Source: Acutalibacteraceae bacterium
Lineage (GTDB): Bacteria > Bacillota > Clostridia > Oscillospirales > Acutalibacteraceae
DNA length: 64,000 nucleotides
Assembly: GCA_045594685.1 (NCBI GenBank)
Contig: JAZNYZ010000003.1
Span: 5,670 to 69,669, forward strand
Reading direction: 5' to 3'
Of this stretch, positions 55,157-64,000 are shown piece after piece; positions within the stretch are counted from its first letter, which is position 1; the number at the start of each line of letters is the position of its first letter. A program made the translations under genes and the position numbers. A model generated the notes under the pieces. The model saw only the letters and a program-made list of their open reading frames with translations, did no database searches and had not been told where the DNA came from.

Positions 55157-56401
55157 ATGGCATATTCAACAATTAGTTACGGTTCATCCGGGGATGATGT
55201 AAAAAAACTGCAGGAACAATTGAATTCTGTAGGCTATAAATTAGACGTTGATGGACAGTTCGGCAGTAAAACACAGTCGGCGGTCAAGGATTATCAACAG
55301 AAAAACGGGCTTACTGTTGATGGTATTGTTGGCACAAATACCTGGAGCAGTCTTACGGGCGGGAGTTCTGAAAACAGCGGTTCGCAGTCAAGTTCGAAGA
55401 ATTCAAAGGTCACAAGTGACCCAAGACCTACATATAAAGAAAGCGATGCGTTGATAGCAGCAGAAAAACAGTTAGCAGAGTTCGAAGCACAGAAGCCTGC
55501 TGAATTCAGTTCGCAATATACAGAGAAGCTTGATGCTCTTGTTGATAAAATACTTAATGGTGAGAAATTCTCTTATGATGTAAGCGAAGATGCGCTTTAT
55601 GACCTTTATAAAGAGCAGTACATCAACCAGGGCAAAATGGCAATGGCAGATACAGCTGCTCAGGCTGCAGCGTTGACTGGCGGTTTTGGTTCTTCTTATG
55701 GTACAACGGCGGCACAGCAAGCTTATCAGCAGTATCTTACAGAGCTTAATGATATTGTTCCCGAACTCCACGATAGAGCATATCAAAAGTACTTGAATGA
55801 TAAAGTGGCGGATAAAGAAAACCTTGCGCTTATTCAGAGCCTTGAAGAAACTGATTACGGCAGGTACCGTGATGAAATGGGCGATTACTACACTGACAGG
55901 GATTATCTTTATGGTAAAACAAGTGATATGTCAGATGAGGAATACCAAAAATATCTGCAGTTGGTTAATAACTGGGAGAATGACCGAACCTTTAATGAAA
56001 GTGTTCGTCAGTATGATGAACAGATGGCCTATCAGAAAGAGCGTGATGCAGTTGCTGATGAGCAATGGGAAAGAACCTTCGCTCTTCAGCAACAGGCAGC
56101 GGCACGTTCGGGCGGTTCCGGTGGTGGCGGTTCATCAAGTAGCGATTATAAAACTCCTGAAGATTATATGTATGATGAAGCTCTTGCTGCTTATGAATCT
56201 GGTGGAGAACAGGCTTTAAATGCTTATGTTGCTAAATATCCTGAATACGATATAAATGCTTTAATGAATTATGCAATTAAATATGGCTCCAATCAAAATG
56301 AAGATAATGAAATCGGTATTATTCCTGAAGATGAATTATCAACGATGAGTAGTACAGTACAAGCAATACTTGCTCCATTTATAAAGGAAAAGAAAAAATA
56401 A
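55157..56401 (+). CDS. Peptidoglycan-binding domain (PG_binding_1) protein
   Basis: GSSGDDVKKLQEQLNSVGYKLDVDGQFGSKTQSAVKDYQQKNGLTVDGIVGTNTW. No catalytic domain recognised. Confidence 0.65.
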   Translation: MAYSTISYGSSGDDVKKLQEQLNSVGYKLDVDGQFGSKTQSAVKDYQQKNGLTVDGIVGTNTWSSLTGGSSENSGSQSSSKNSKVTSDPRPTYKESDALIAAEKQLAEFEAQKPAEFSSQYTEKLDALVDKILNGEKFSYDVSEDALYDLYKEQYINQGKMAMADTAAQAAALTGGFGSSYGTTAAQQAYQQYLTELNDIVPELHDRAYQKYLNDKVADKENLALIQSLEETDYGRYRDEMGDYYTDRDYLYGKTSDMSDEEYQKYLQLVNNWENDRTFNESVRQYDEQMAYQKERDAVADEQWERTFALQQQAAARSGGSGGGGSSSSDYKTPEDYMYDEALAAYESGGEQALNAYVAKYPEYDINALMNYAIKYGSNQNEDNEIGIIPEDELSTMSSTVQAILAPFIKEKKK

Positions 56402-56420
56402 TATAGTGAGGTGAAAAAAT

Positions 56421-59400
56421 ATGAGTGGCGTGCAATCTCGTATAGATGATTTTTGGAAAAAGAAAAAACAACAAGAAGAAAATCACGAAACAAGTATTCA
56501 ACCTTCTACGTCTTCTGTTGATAACCGTATAAGTCAATTTTGGGCTCAAAAATTCACTTCATCCTTACCTGAGAGATTAAACACACTGCAGAAAAGCAAA
56601 GAACAAATGTATACAACATATAATTCCCGCTTCACCGATGGAAACGGGAATTATAAAAATACATACAGGGGCGATACTGCAGATGCGCTTTCTGCTTTTA
56701 ATTCTTCAAGAACAGCCTATGAAAGCGATTCAAGAAAGTTTTTGGACGAATTGAGCACTTATGAAAAATATCTTGATGCAGAGCAGGTTAAAAAGATTAA
56801 GGATACTTTGGCGGATAACACAGACCTTGATGACCTTTATAAAGCCTATCAGACCGACCACGACTATTTCAGCCAATGGGAAAATGAAGAGGCTTATAAC
56901 TATTCAGTATCGAAGGCGGAAAAGCAGAAAAAATATTCAAAGATGTCCGATGATGAGCTTGAAAAAGAACTGAAAAAACTTAAAGATACCGAAAAGGAAA
57001 ATAAGCTTGTTTCGGGTGTGGGTGATGTTCTCGGTAAAGCTCTTTCAGGTTTGGGAATAAATAGCGATGAAGCAAAAAACACAAGCAATGATATTAAAAA
57101 TAAAAGCGTAGAATCAACTTTGGATGTTTCTTTGCTTCAGAATGAAATAAACTCCCGTAAAATTAAGGCTCTTGACTCTCTTCCTGATGATGTTAAAAAG
57201 CTTATTGAAGAATATACAGAGCTTGATGCTCAAAAGGATGAAACCACCATTGAAAATATCGGTAAAGGCTTTCAAAGGGCTTTTAATCAGAACACCGGTG
57301 GCTTTACGGTTGAAAAAACTGCAGTAAGGCGTAAAGAAATTGCAGATGCACTTGAAACTGCAGGTGTTGAAAATTGGCAGGAGCTTGTTGAATACAACCG
57401 TATTCGTAGAGACGGAGAGAAAAACAAGGAATTCAATAACGAGATTAAGAATCTTGCTACGGAGCATCCTTGGATAAGCTCGGCCACAACTGTTCTTGCA
57501 AGTCCTACAAAAATTCTCGGCGTAGTTGAAATGCTCGAAAGTGCAGTTGCAGGTTCCGGTGCTCCTCTCAATTATAATTCACCCTATTTTACCGGTAATA
57601 ACTTTGTTAATACCACCCGTGAAACCGTAATGGAAAATTACGATTGGGAAGGTCCAAAAACAAATATAGATTGGTTCGACCAAATTTATTCAACTGCTAT
57701 GTCAACGGGTGATTCACTTTTGAATATGGCTCTTACAGGCGGAACAAAATTAGGTGGTGCAGTTTTAGGTGCAACCGCCATGAGCGACACAGCTCAGGAA
57801 GTAGCACGAAGCGGCGGAAGCAAAGAACAGGCACTTTTAACAGGTATTGTTGCCGGTGTTAATGAAATGATATGGGAGAATATTTCAATCGGCAATTTCA
57901 AAGGTATGACCGAAAAAGGTATTAAAAATCTTGTTTCTAAAAAAGGCATCAAAACTCTTGCAGGGAATATTTTAAAATCTGTTGGTGTTAACGCTTCAGA
58001 GGAATTTAATACCGAGGCGGCAAATATCGTCGTTGATTATCTTGTTAACGGTGGCTTAAGCTCTTATGCTCAGTCTTATGATGCATACCGTCAGGGCGGA
58101 TATACTGAAACCGAAGCCCGAAAGAAAGCACGTAATGATATGATTTATCAAACTGCTCAGGCGGGTCTCGGTGGAGCTCTTCAGGGCTTGTTTATGGGCG
58201 GTACCGGTTCTGCTCTCGGTGGAGCTCTTACAAAAGCTCAATATAACCATCAGGCAAAGAATATGACTCCTGAAGAAATCTCTGCTCTTCAGTTGAGAGC
58301 AAAAGAATTAGGTGTCAAAGAGTCTGATATAAACGTTAATGTTGAGGCTGTAGGTCCTTGGGGTGAAGCAGGAAGAGTTTCCGAGAAAAAGCTTTCAAAT
58401 CTTTTAAGTACTGTTGAAGATGCTGAGGCGGAAAGCACCAAAAATGAATTGGTAAAAGAAGCAAAAAAATACGGCATCAATACAACACAATATAATTTGA
58501 AAAGGGAAGAGGGGGTTCAGGCTCTCGCTTCGGCCATTACTGAAACGGAAGAAAGAATTCAGACCGAGGTTAATCAGTTAAGCGATAGTATTTATAAAAA
58601 TGCTTTAAAGGAACGTCTTGTTTCTTTAGGCGAAAACGAAAGTACTGCTAATTATATAGCAGAAAACCTTATAAGAAAGAAAAACGGCGAAACTCTTGAT
58701 TCGTACCGGGAGAACTCCACGAAAGCAAAATCTGCAGAAATTGCTTATAATGAGCTTTTGAGTGTTGGGGAAAATGCTCCTCAATGGGTAAAAGACACTG
58801 AAGCACAAATCAATTCCGCAGGTGTAGATTTAATTAAAACCTATACAAGAAAAGCAACGGCGGAAACAACCCCGAGTGTGCAGAATAAAACTGCTCCTGA
58901 AGGTGCACCTTCAACGCCCATGGTGGAGATGCCCTCTATTGTAAGCAAGGCGGCGGAAAACTTTGCGGCACAGTTCGAAACACCACAAAAGCAAGAGGCG
59001 GCACGTCGTTTGTATGTTCCTGCTCTTGACCGCAACGTTGGTTTTAAAACCGCATTTGATGCATATTATAACGCAGGCTTGAAAGGTATCGGCAGTTTTG
59101 AAGCAATTGATAAGTATTATACCTATGCTCACTCTTTACCTCTTTATTGGAGAAAGAACGTTTTCTCTGCAGGTAGAGAGAACAAAGTTTATAACCCAGG
59201 TGTTAATGCTTTCTATCAAAGCAAATTAACTTCTACACAGAAAAATCAGGTTCGCATAATGGATGCCATCGGTAAAGAGTTCGGTATTTCATTTATTGTT
59301 TTTGATAGACTTAAAGACAACGGTGAAGAATTAAACGGTATGCAGTTGTCGGGTACCAATAAAATTCTCGTTTCTCTCGATGCAGATGGTAAACTTTATC

Positions 59401-62400
59401 TCAGAACTGCAGGTCACGAATGTTTCCATCTTATTGAAGAATGGAATCCTGCAGAGGCAGAAAAACTTACTGAAAAGGTTATCGGGTACCTAAAAAATAC
59501 AGAAAGCTATGATTATTCTGCAAGAGTGACAGAATATGCAAATCGCTATGGCGTTGATGCAAATACAGCTGACGGCTTGAAGCTCATTCATTCTGAAATG
59601 GCGGCGGACAGTATGTTTGATGTTTTTTCAAATGAAAGGTTTGTAAAAGACCTTGTGGAGAAAAACAGAACCCTTGCGCAGAAGCTTAAGGATATTCTTC
59701 AGAATTTCCTCAAGCAACTCCGTAATATGATGAATAGCTTCAAAGATAATGCAGAAATGAATGCCCTCAGGGAGCAGACAGAAGCACTTGAAGAAATTCG
59801 TTCATCCTTCCACAATGCTCTCAGAGTTGCAAGCATTGAAATGCAGAAAAACTTACAAAATGAGCAAAAAAATAACGCTTCCCGTAAAGATATTACGGAA
59901 AAAGCGGAAAATGGTATGCAAGATGGTGTAAGAAAGAGTTTTCAAGGTTATGCAGCAGATGGCAAAGGTAAGTATAAAGGGAATTTTCCTAAAGGTACTC
60001 CAAAAGCAGCTAAAGCTGAAGTAATACTTAAGTATATACAAAATGTGTGGTCTCAAAATCCAATTAGGTTAAAAATAACTGAAAATGGTGAAAGCAGATT
60101 TATTTATGCAGAATTTGACCCATATTATGATGAAAGTCAAAATACACTTACGGATGCATCAAAATTAATGGGCGGAAATCGGCATGGAACCTCATCAGAA
60201 CAAAGAGTAACATTGGATTTGGCAGATGATTATTATCAGATTGCTTCAGAAGCTCAATACAATTATTCGAAAAATGAAACAGGTAAAGATAATCCTGCTC
60301 ATAACGATGTTATAAGATGGCATTATTTTATTAACGATATTTATTTTGCGGAATACGATAGTGACGAGTATGTTCCATATAGAGTGTCCATTAACATTAA
60401 AGAAAGAGCAGACGGTGATTTCGTTTATAGCTTTTCTGCAGAAAAACAAGAAAAGCTGAACACCCAACGGACTTTACATGCCGTTGTAAACGATGAAAAA
60501 AACATCGCCAATGCTCAACTTTCTAACACCAATTTACCACAAAAAGATAATGGTGTCAATAGTAATTCTATGCAATCAACGGCGGAAAATACCAAAAATC
60601 CGAAATCTATCAAAATGTCCTCTTCTGCCCGTGAGGTGTTGGAGAGTAATCCTGAATTGAAGCTTGTATTCGAAAACCTGCAGAAACAGATGAAGCATTC
60701 CGACGGTTATGTTCCGGACGGAAAGCGTATTCATCAATTTGCCGTGAAACTACGTAAGGATGTTGAAACAACTTTACCTGTTGCAGAGCTTGAAAGCGAT
60801 TTGCAGGGAATATATAAGGTTCTTGCATCTATCGAAGATTCAGAAGGATATGAATATGCCTGGGATTTAACTGTTGATCTGGCGCAGAAAATGCTCACCA
60901 ATAGCCGAGTACTTGACGATTTGAACGCTGAAAAGAAAGACCTTAGGGAAAGGTTAACCAAATACCTGAAGGACCGTAAATTCTATCTTTCACCTTCGAT
61001 GAAGGCGGAAATAGAAAGCTATTACGATACTTACGGAAACTATCACCGCAAGATTTTCGGCAGAGGTTTTTCATTCTCTGAAAATGCCACTACTACTCTT
61101 GAGAGTGAGTGGAATGACCTTTGTGCAGAGCTCCCCGAACTCTTTGACCCCGATACTCTTGCTGTTGAACAACCTATTGCTTTGTTGGAAGCCTTCAATG
61201 CAACCGAATGGCAGTATGGCTTGTTTGATGAATATCAGTATGATTCACAGGTGAATTATACAGCAACTGAAATAATGAATGCCTTAACTGATATTCCCAC
61301 CACAACAACCTTGCTGGATAGAATAACCGAAAGGCAGTATAACGAAATTGCAAGCCTTAATTCCGAGAACCGAAAGAAAATCCAAGAACTGAAGCAACAG
61401 TTTTCAGAGAATATGGAGCGTATGTCTTCTGAGGCGGAAGCAAGATATAGACTGCAGATTAAAAAGAATATGGAGCAGAAAAAGGCAACAGAAGTCAGAG
61501 GACAAATTGAAAAACAAATTGTTCGTTTGAGTGATATGCTCGCCCACGGTAAGAAAAACCGCCATATTCCTTTAAAGCTTATAGATGCAGTTCGTGATTT
61601 GTGTTACTCCGTAACCCTGAACCGTGCATCACAAAATAAGCTCGGTGAAAATCTCGGTATTATTGAAGCATCCTATCTTGCGCTTAAGCAGGGCAGTGAC
61701 GGGCCCGATGGTGAACAGAACAGTCAGTTCCTTATGAATGCCTATGATGAATATGTTTACGGTTTAATTAAGGATTTGGGAACTGTCCTGCAGCATAAAT
61801 CAGTTGCAAATATGACCTTGGGTGAATTGATTCAGGTTAATGAAACTGTTAAGGCGGTTGCTCAGCGTGTTACAAGAGCAAACGAATTGCATATTGAATC
61901 CCGTAATGAAGGTGTAGAAGAAACTGCAAATGCTATCGGCTTTGAGCTGGGTGCTCCAAAAACAAAAAGAGAGTTTTCACAGGATTGGCTCAATAAAGCT
62001 TCAGATAAAGCAGAACTTGAAGCATGGAAATTTCTTAAGCCTGTTTATGCATGGCGTATGATGGGCTCGGAAACCTTCGCTGAAATTATGGGGAATATTC
62101 GTGCCGGTGAAGATACCTGGGCGGTTGATATGTATGAAGCAAAAGAGAAAATAGATGCTTTTGCGGAAAAGTACAATAAAAAGACCTGGGAAAAAGGCAA
62201 AATCGAAGTTGAACTCAGTAGCGGTACATATAGCTTCAGTATTCAGCAATTGATGATGCTTTATGTTGCTTCTCAGCGTGAGCAATATATTCCTCATTTG
62301 CTTGGTAATCCCAGCAAAGAATCACCCACAGGTAGAGTAGGCGGAGGCTTTGTCTTTGAAGATGCATATAAAACTGTTGAATCGAAAAAAGACGGCACCA

Positions 62401-64000
62401 AGAGAAAACCGAAAGTCTATCGTGAGCGTGATGCAGGTACCCATACTTTAACTGAAGAGGATTTGGAAACCATTGCAGAAGTTCTAACGGCGGAACAGAA
62501 GGGCTATGCTAACGAAATGCGCGACTATCTCGCCCGTGACCTTGCAGTCAAAGGAAATGAAATTACCCGTGTTCTTTATGATATGAATAAATTCGTAGAA
62601 GAAAAGTATTTCCCGATTAAGGTTGCGAGAGAATTCCTTGACGGTACAACCAAAGAACCGGAAGTAAGAAGTGTTCTCAGTCAATCAATGCTGAAAGACC
62701 TGCAGGAAAAAGCAGCAAATCCCATTTTGCTTCGTGATTTTGATACTGTATGGGCGGAGCACGTGCAACAAATGGCAATGTTCCATTCCTTTGCTCTTCC
62801 GCTTGACGATTATCAGAGAGTATTTAATTTCAGAACCACCAAAGGAAAAGCAACTTCTATAAAAACTCAGATTGAAACTGCTTGCGGTAAGGGTGCAATT
62901 TCATATATTGAGAACTTTATAAAAGACGTTAACGGCGGTGTCCGTGCTCAGAATGGTGCAGAGCTTGTCAATACAATGATAAGTAAATTTAAGAAAGGTG
63001 CAGTGTTTGCTTCTGCATCTGTTACCATTCAGCAGCCTTCGGCAATTGCAAGAGCTATTGCAGTTATTGACCCGAAATATTTCACTAACCCGACACTTTC
63101 AAGAAAAGATTATGAGGAACTGATGGAATATGCACCTATAGCTCGCATTAAATCAATGGGCTTTTTCGATACAAATATCGGACAAAGCTCAACTGAGTGG
63201 CTGACTTCCGAACAATATGGAAAAGTTTGGGGCAAAGTTAAAGATGGAGATTTCAAAGGTGTTTTTGAAAATGTAAAAGCGGTCGGTAAAGACAGTTCTT
63301 ATCGTGATGAGCTTCTTTCAAAGGCTCCTGAGGTTATGGATGAAATAACCTGGTGCAATATTTGGCACGCTGTGAAAAAGGAAACGGCGGCAAAAACAGG
63401 GCTTACAGGTGAAGAGCTTCTGAAAAAGAGCGGAAAACGCTTTGCAGAAGTTATTGAGCTTACCCAGGTTTATGATTCTGTTTTCTCGAAATCTGAGCTT
63501 ATGAGGTCCAGAGATACGGGCGTTAAGATGATGACCGCGTTTATGGCAGAGCCCACAGTTTCTCTCAATATGCTTGTTGATGCAGCTGTTCAGGCAAAGA
63601 AAGGAAACCTTAAAGGCGGTGGCCGTTATGTCGGCGCATTTGTAGCATCGGTTATTTTAAATAACATTCTTAAAGCTCTTGTTACTGCTCCCCGTGATGA
63701 TGAAGAAGAAAAGACTTTAATTGAAAAGTATATCGCAAAAGTTATCGGCGGAATAAAGGGCGACCTGAATCCGTTATCTTTAGTTCCCATTGCAAAAGAT
63801 ATTGTTTCTATTTTTGATGGTTATTCTATCGAACGTGCTGATATGGCTTTGGTGCAAAACCTTTATGATGCAATTAAAGATTTGAGCTCCAATAAAAAGA
63901 CGGGACTTGAAAAAGGTTTCGGTATTGCAAATGCTCTTTCAGCTTTCCTTGGTATTCCCTCAAAGAATATAACAAGAGATTTGAAAGCTGTCGGTAACCT
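56421..64000 (+). CDS. Giant (more than 2,526 aa) polyvalent/tape-measure-like virion protein, 3' end outside the window
   Basis: ATG 56421 after gtgaggtga. Spot checks of this frame at nine lines between 56.4 and 64.0 kb found no stop. Absent from the ORF track, presumably because it has no stop in the window. Gly-rich hydrophobic segments (GGTKLGGAVLGATAM, AGLGGALQGLFMGGTGSALGGAL) and an HExxH motif (TAGHECFHLIEEW). Confidence 0.75.
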   Translation, partial: MSGVQSRIDDFWKKKKQQEENHETSIQPSTSSVDNRISQFWAQKFTSSLPERLNTLQKSKEQMYTTYNSRFTDGNGNYKNTYRGDTADALSAFNSSRTAYESDSRKFLDELSTYEKYLDAEQVKKIKDTLADNTDLDDLYKAYQTDHDYFSQWENEEAYNYSVSKAEKQKKYSKMSDDELEKELKKLKDTEKENKLVSGVGDVLGKALSGLGINSDEAKNTSNDIKNKSVESTLDVSLLQNEINSRKIKALDSLPDDVKKLIEEYTELDAQKDETTIENIGKGFQRAFNQNTGGFTVEKTAVRRKEIADALETAGVENWQELVEYNRIRRDGEKNKEFNNEIKNLATEHPWISSATTVLASPTKILGVVEMLESAVAGSGAPLNYNSPYFTGNNFVNTTRETVMENYDWEGPKTNIDWFDQIYSTAMSTGDSLLNMALTGGTKLGGAVLGATAMSDTAQEVARSGGSKEQALLTGIVAGVNEMIWENISIGNFKGMTEKGIKNLVSKKGIKTLAGNILKSVGVNASEEFNTEAANIVVDYLVNGGLSSYAQSYDAYRQGGYTETEARKKARNDMIYQTAQAGLGGALQGLFMGGTGSALGGALTKAQYNHQAKNMTPEEISALQLRAKELGVKESDINVNVEAVGPWGEAGRVSEKKLSNLLSTVEDAEAESTKNELVKEAKKYGINTTQYNLKREEGVQALASAITETEERIQTEVNQLSDSIYKNALKERLVSLGENESTANYIAENLIRKKNGETLDSYRENSTKAKSAEIAYNELLSVGENAPQWVKDTEAQINSAGVDLIKTYTRKATAETTPSVQNKTAPEGAPSTPMVEMPSIVSKAAENFAAQFETPQKQEAARRLYVPALDRNVGFKTAFDAYYNAGLKGIGSFEAIDKYYTYAHSLPLYWRKNVFSAGRENKVYNPGVNAFYQSKLTSTQKNQVRIMDAIGKEFGISFIVFDRLKDNGEELNGMQLSGTNKILVSLDADGKLYLRTAGHECFHLIEEWNPAEAEKLTEKVIGYLKNTESYDYSARVTEYANRYGVDANTADGLKLIHSEMAADSMFDVFSNERFVKDLVEKNRTLAQKLKDILQNFLKQLRNMMNSFKDNAEMNALREQTEALEEIRSSFHNALRVASIEMQKNLQNEQKNNASRKDITEKAENGMQDGVRKSFQGYAADGKGKYKGNFPKGTPKAAKAEVILKYIQNVWSQNPIRLKITENGESRFIYAEFDPYYDESQNTLTDASKLMGGNRHGTSSEQRVTLDLADDYYQIASEAQYNYSKNETGKDNPAHNDVIRWHYFINDIYFAEYDSDEYVPYRVSINIKERADGDFVYSFSAEKQEKLNTQRTLHAVVNDEKNIANAQLSNTNLPQKDNGVNSNSMQSTAENTKNPKSIKMSSSAREVLESNPELKLVFENLQKQMKHSDGYVPDGKRIHQFAVKLRKDVETTLPVAELESDLQGIYKVLASIEDSEGYEYAWDLTVDLAQKMLTNSRVLDDLNAEKKDLRERLTKYLKDRKFYLSPSMKAEIESYYDTYGNYHRKIFGRGFSFSENATTTLESEWNDLCAELPELFDPDTLAVEQPIALLEAFNATEWQYGLFDEYQYDSQVNYTATEIMNALTDIPTTTTLLDRITERQYNEIASLNSENRKKIQELKQQFSENMERMSSEAEARYRLQIKKNMEQKKATEVRGQIEKQIVRLSDMLAHGKKNRHIPLKLIDAVRDLCYSVTLNRASQNKLGENLGIIEASYLALKQGSDGPDGEQNSQFLMNAYDEYVYGLIKDLGTVLQHKSVANMTLGELIQVNETVKAVAQRVTRANELHIESRNEGVEETANAIGFELGAPKTKREFSQDWLNKASDKAELEAWKFLKPVYAWRMMGSETFAEIMGNIRAGEDTWAVDMYEAKEKIDAFAEKYNKKTWEKGKIEVELSSGTYSFSIQQLMMLYVASQREQYIPHLLGNPSKESPTGRVGGGFVFEDAYKTVESKKDGTKRKPKVYRERDAGTHTLTEEDLETIAEVLTAEQKGYANEMRDYLARDLAVKGNEITRVLYDMNKFVEEKYFPIKVAREFLDGTTKEPEVRSVLSQSMLKDLQEKAANPILLRDFDTVWAEHVQQMAMFHSFALPLDDYQRVFNFRTTKGKATSIKTQIETACGKGAISYIENFIKDVNGGVRAQNGAELVNTMISKFKKGAVFASASVTIQQPSAIARAIAVIDPKYFTNPTLSRKDYEELMEYAPIARIKSMGFFDTNIGQSSTEWLTSEQYGKVWGKVKDGDFKGVFENVKAVGKDSSYRDELLSKAPEVMDEITWCNIWHAVKKETAAKTGLTGEELLKKSGKRFAEVIELTQVYDSVFSKSELMRSRDTGVKMMTAFMAEPTVSLNMLVDAAVQAKKGNLKGGGRYVGAFVASVILNNILKALVTAPRDDEEEKTLIEKYIAKVIGGIKGDLNPLSLVPIAKDIVSIFDGYSIERADMALVQNLYDAIKDLSSNKKTGLEKGFGIANALSAFLGIPSKNITRDLKAVGN

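Larger units (their letters stand above)
30797..64000. mobile_element. Prophage (serine-recombinase integrated), right end beyond the window
   Basis: Recombinase, cI/Cro switch, early genes, terS/terL/portal/scaffold/capsid and virion genes in colinear order. Confidence 0.9.

Noticed and set aside
56761-56973. 70-aa plus-strand ORF, and the many 60-117-aa minus-strand ORFs between 56.3 and 62.7 kb
   Set aside because: All lie in alternative frames of, or antisense to, the continuous giant ORF that starts at 56421.

Overview
Low-GC, Clostridia-like sequence; the taxon is inferred from codon usage, strong GGAGG-type ribosome-binding sites (RBS) and a CotJC-type gene fragment. The window is almost entirely accessory DNA, in five parts.

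1. **1-3.7 kb:** ordinary-looking genes: GNAT acetyltransferase, SAM methyltransferase, an HExxH-GNAT fusion and a clan GH-A glycosidase.

2. **3.9-21.5 kb:** a defence-island-like stretch. It holds an ABC-type ATPase with an unknown partner and two EF-hand-like microproteins. It also holds a tightly coupled one-strand operon, dndB-dndC-dndD-dndE. That operon has no dndA and no dndFGH. It is followed directly by a five-gene module: a PLD-nuclease/SF2-helicase fusion, a 58-aa acidic protein, a DndD paralog with a mid-coiled-coil CxxC hook, a 159-aa protein, and an SspE/GmrSD-like DUF262-DUF1524 protein. Next comes a 3.8-kb cassette bracketed by ~115-bp direct repeats, encoding a cN-I-type 5'-nucleotidase, a one-TM protein, a NUDIX hydrolase and a DUF2971 protein.

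3. **21.5-24.4 kb:** regulators and an S51 peptidase.

4. **24.5-30.7 kb:** the core of an integrative element: PD-(D/E)xK protein, sigma-like HTH protein, RecA-fold ATPase, RHH protein and a large serine recombinase.

5. **30.8 to beyond 64 kb:** a prophage with its own large serine recombinase. It has a cI/Cro switch with three operator repeats, many small Cys-rich early proteins, a MazG-like protein and a possible HUH Rep. It also encodes terS, terL, portal, scaffold and capsid genes, and a giant ORF of more than 2,526 aa that runs off the window.

The two recombinase genes converge on a ~39-codon internal fragment of a Mn-catalase/CotJC-family gene, so two elements appear to interrupt the same gene about 100 bp apart.

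The strongest candidate for an undescribed system is the Dnd-linked five-gene module, followed by the repeat-bracketed nucleotidase/NUDIX/DUF2971 cassette. All family assignments come from motif recognition by eye; no database search was run.
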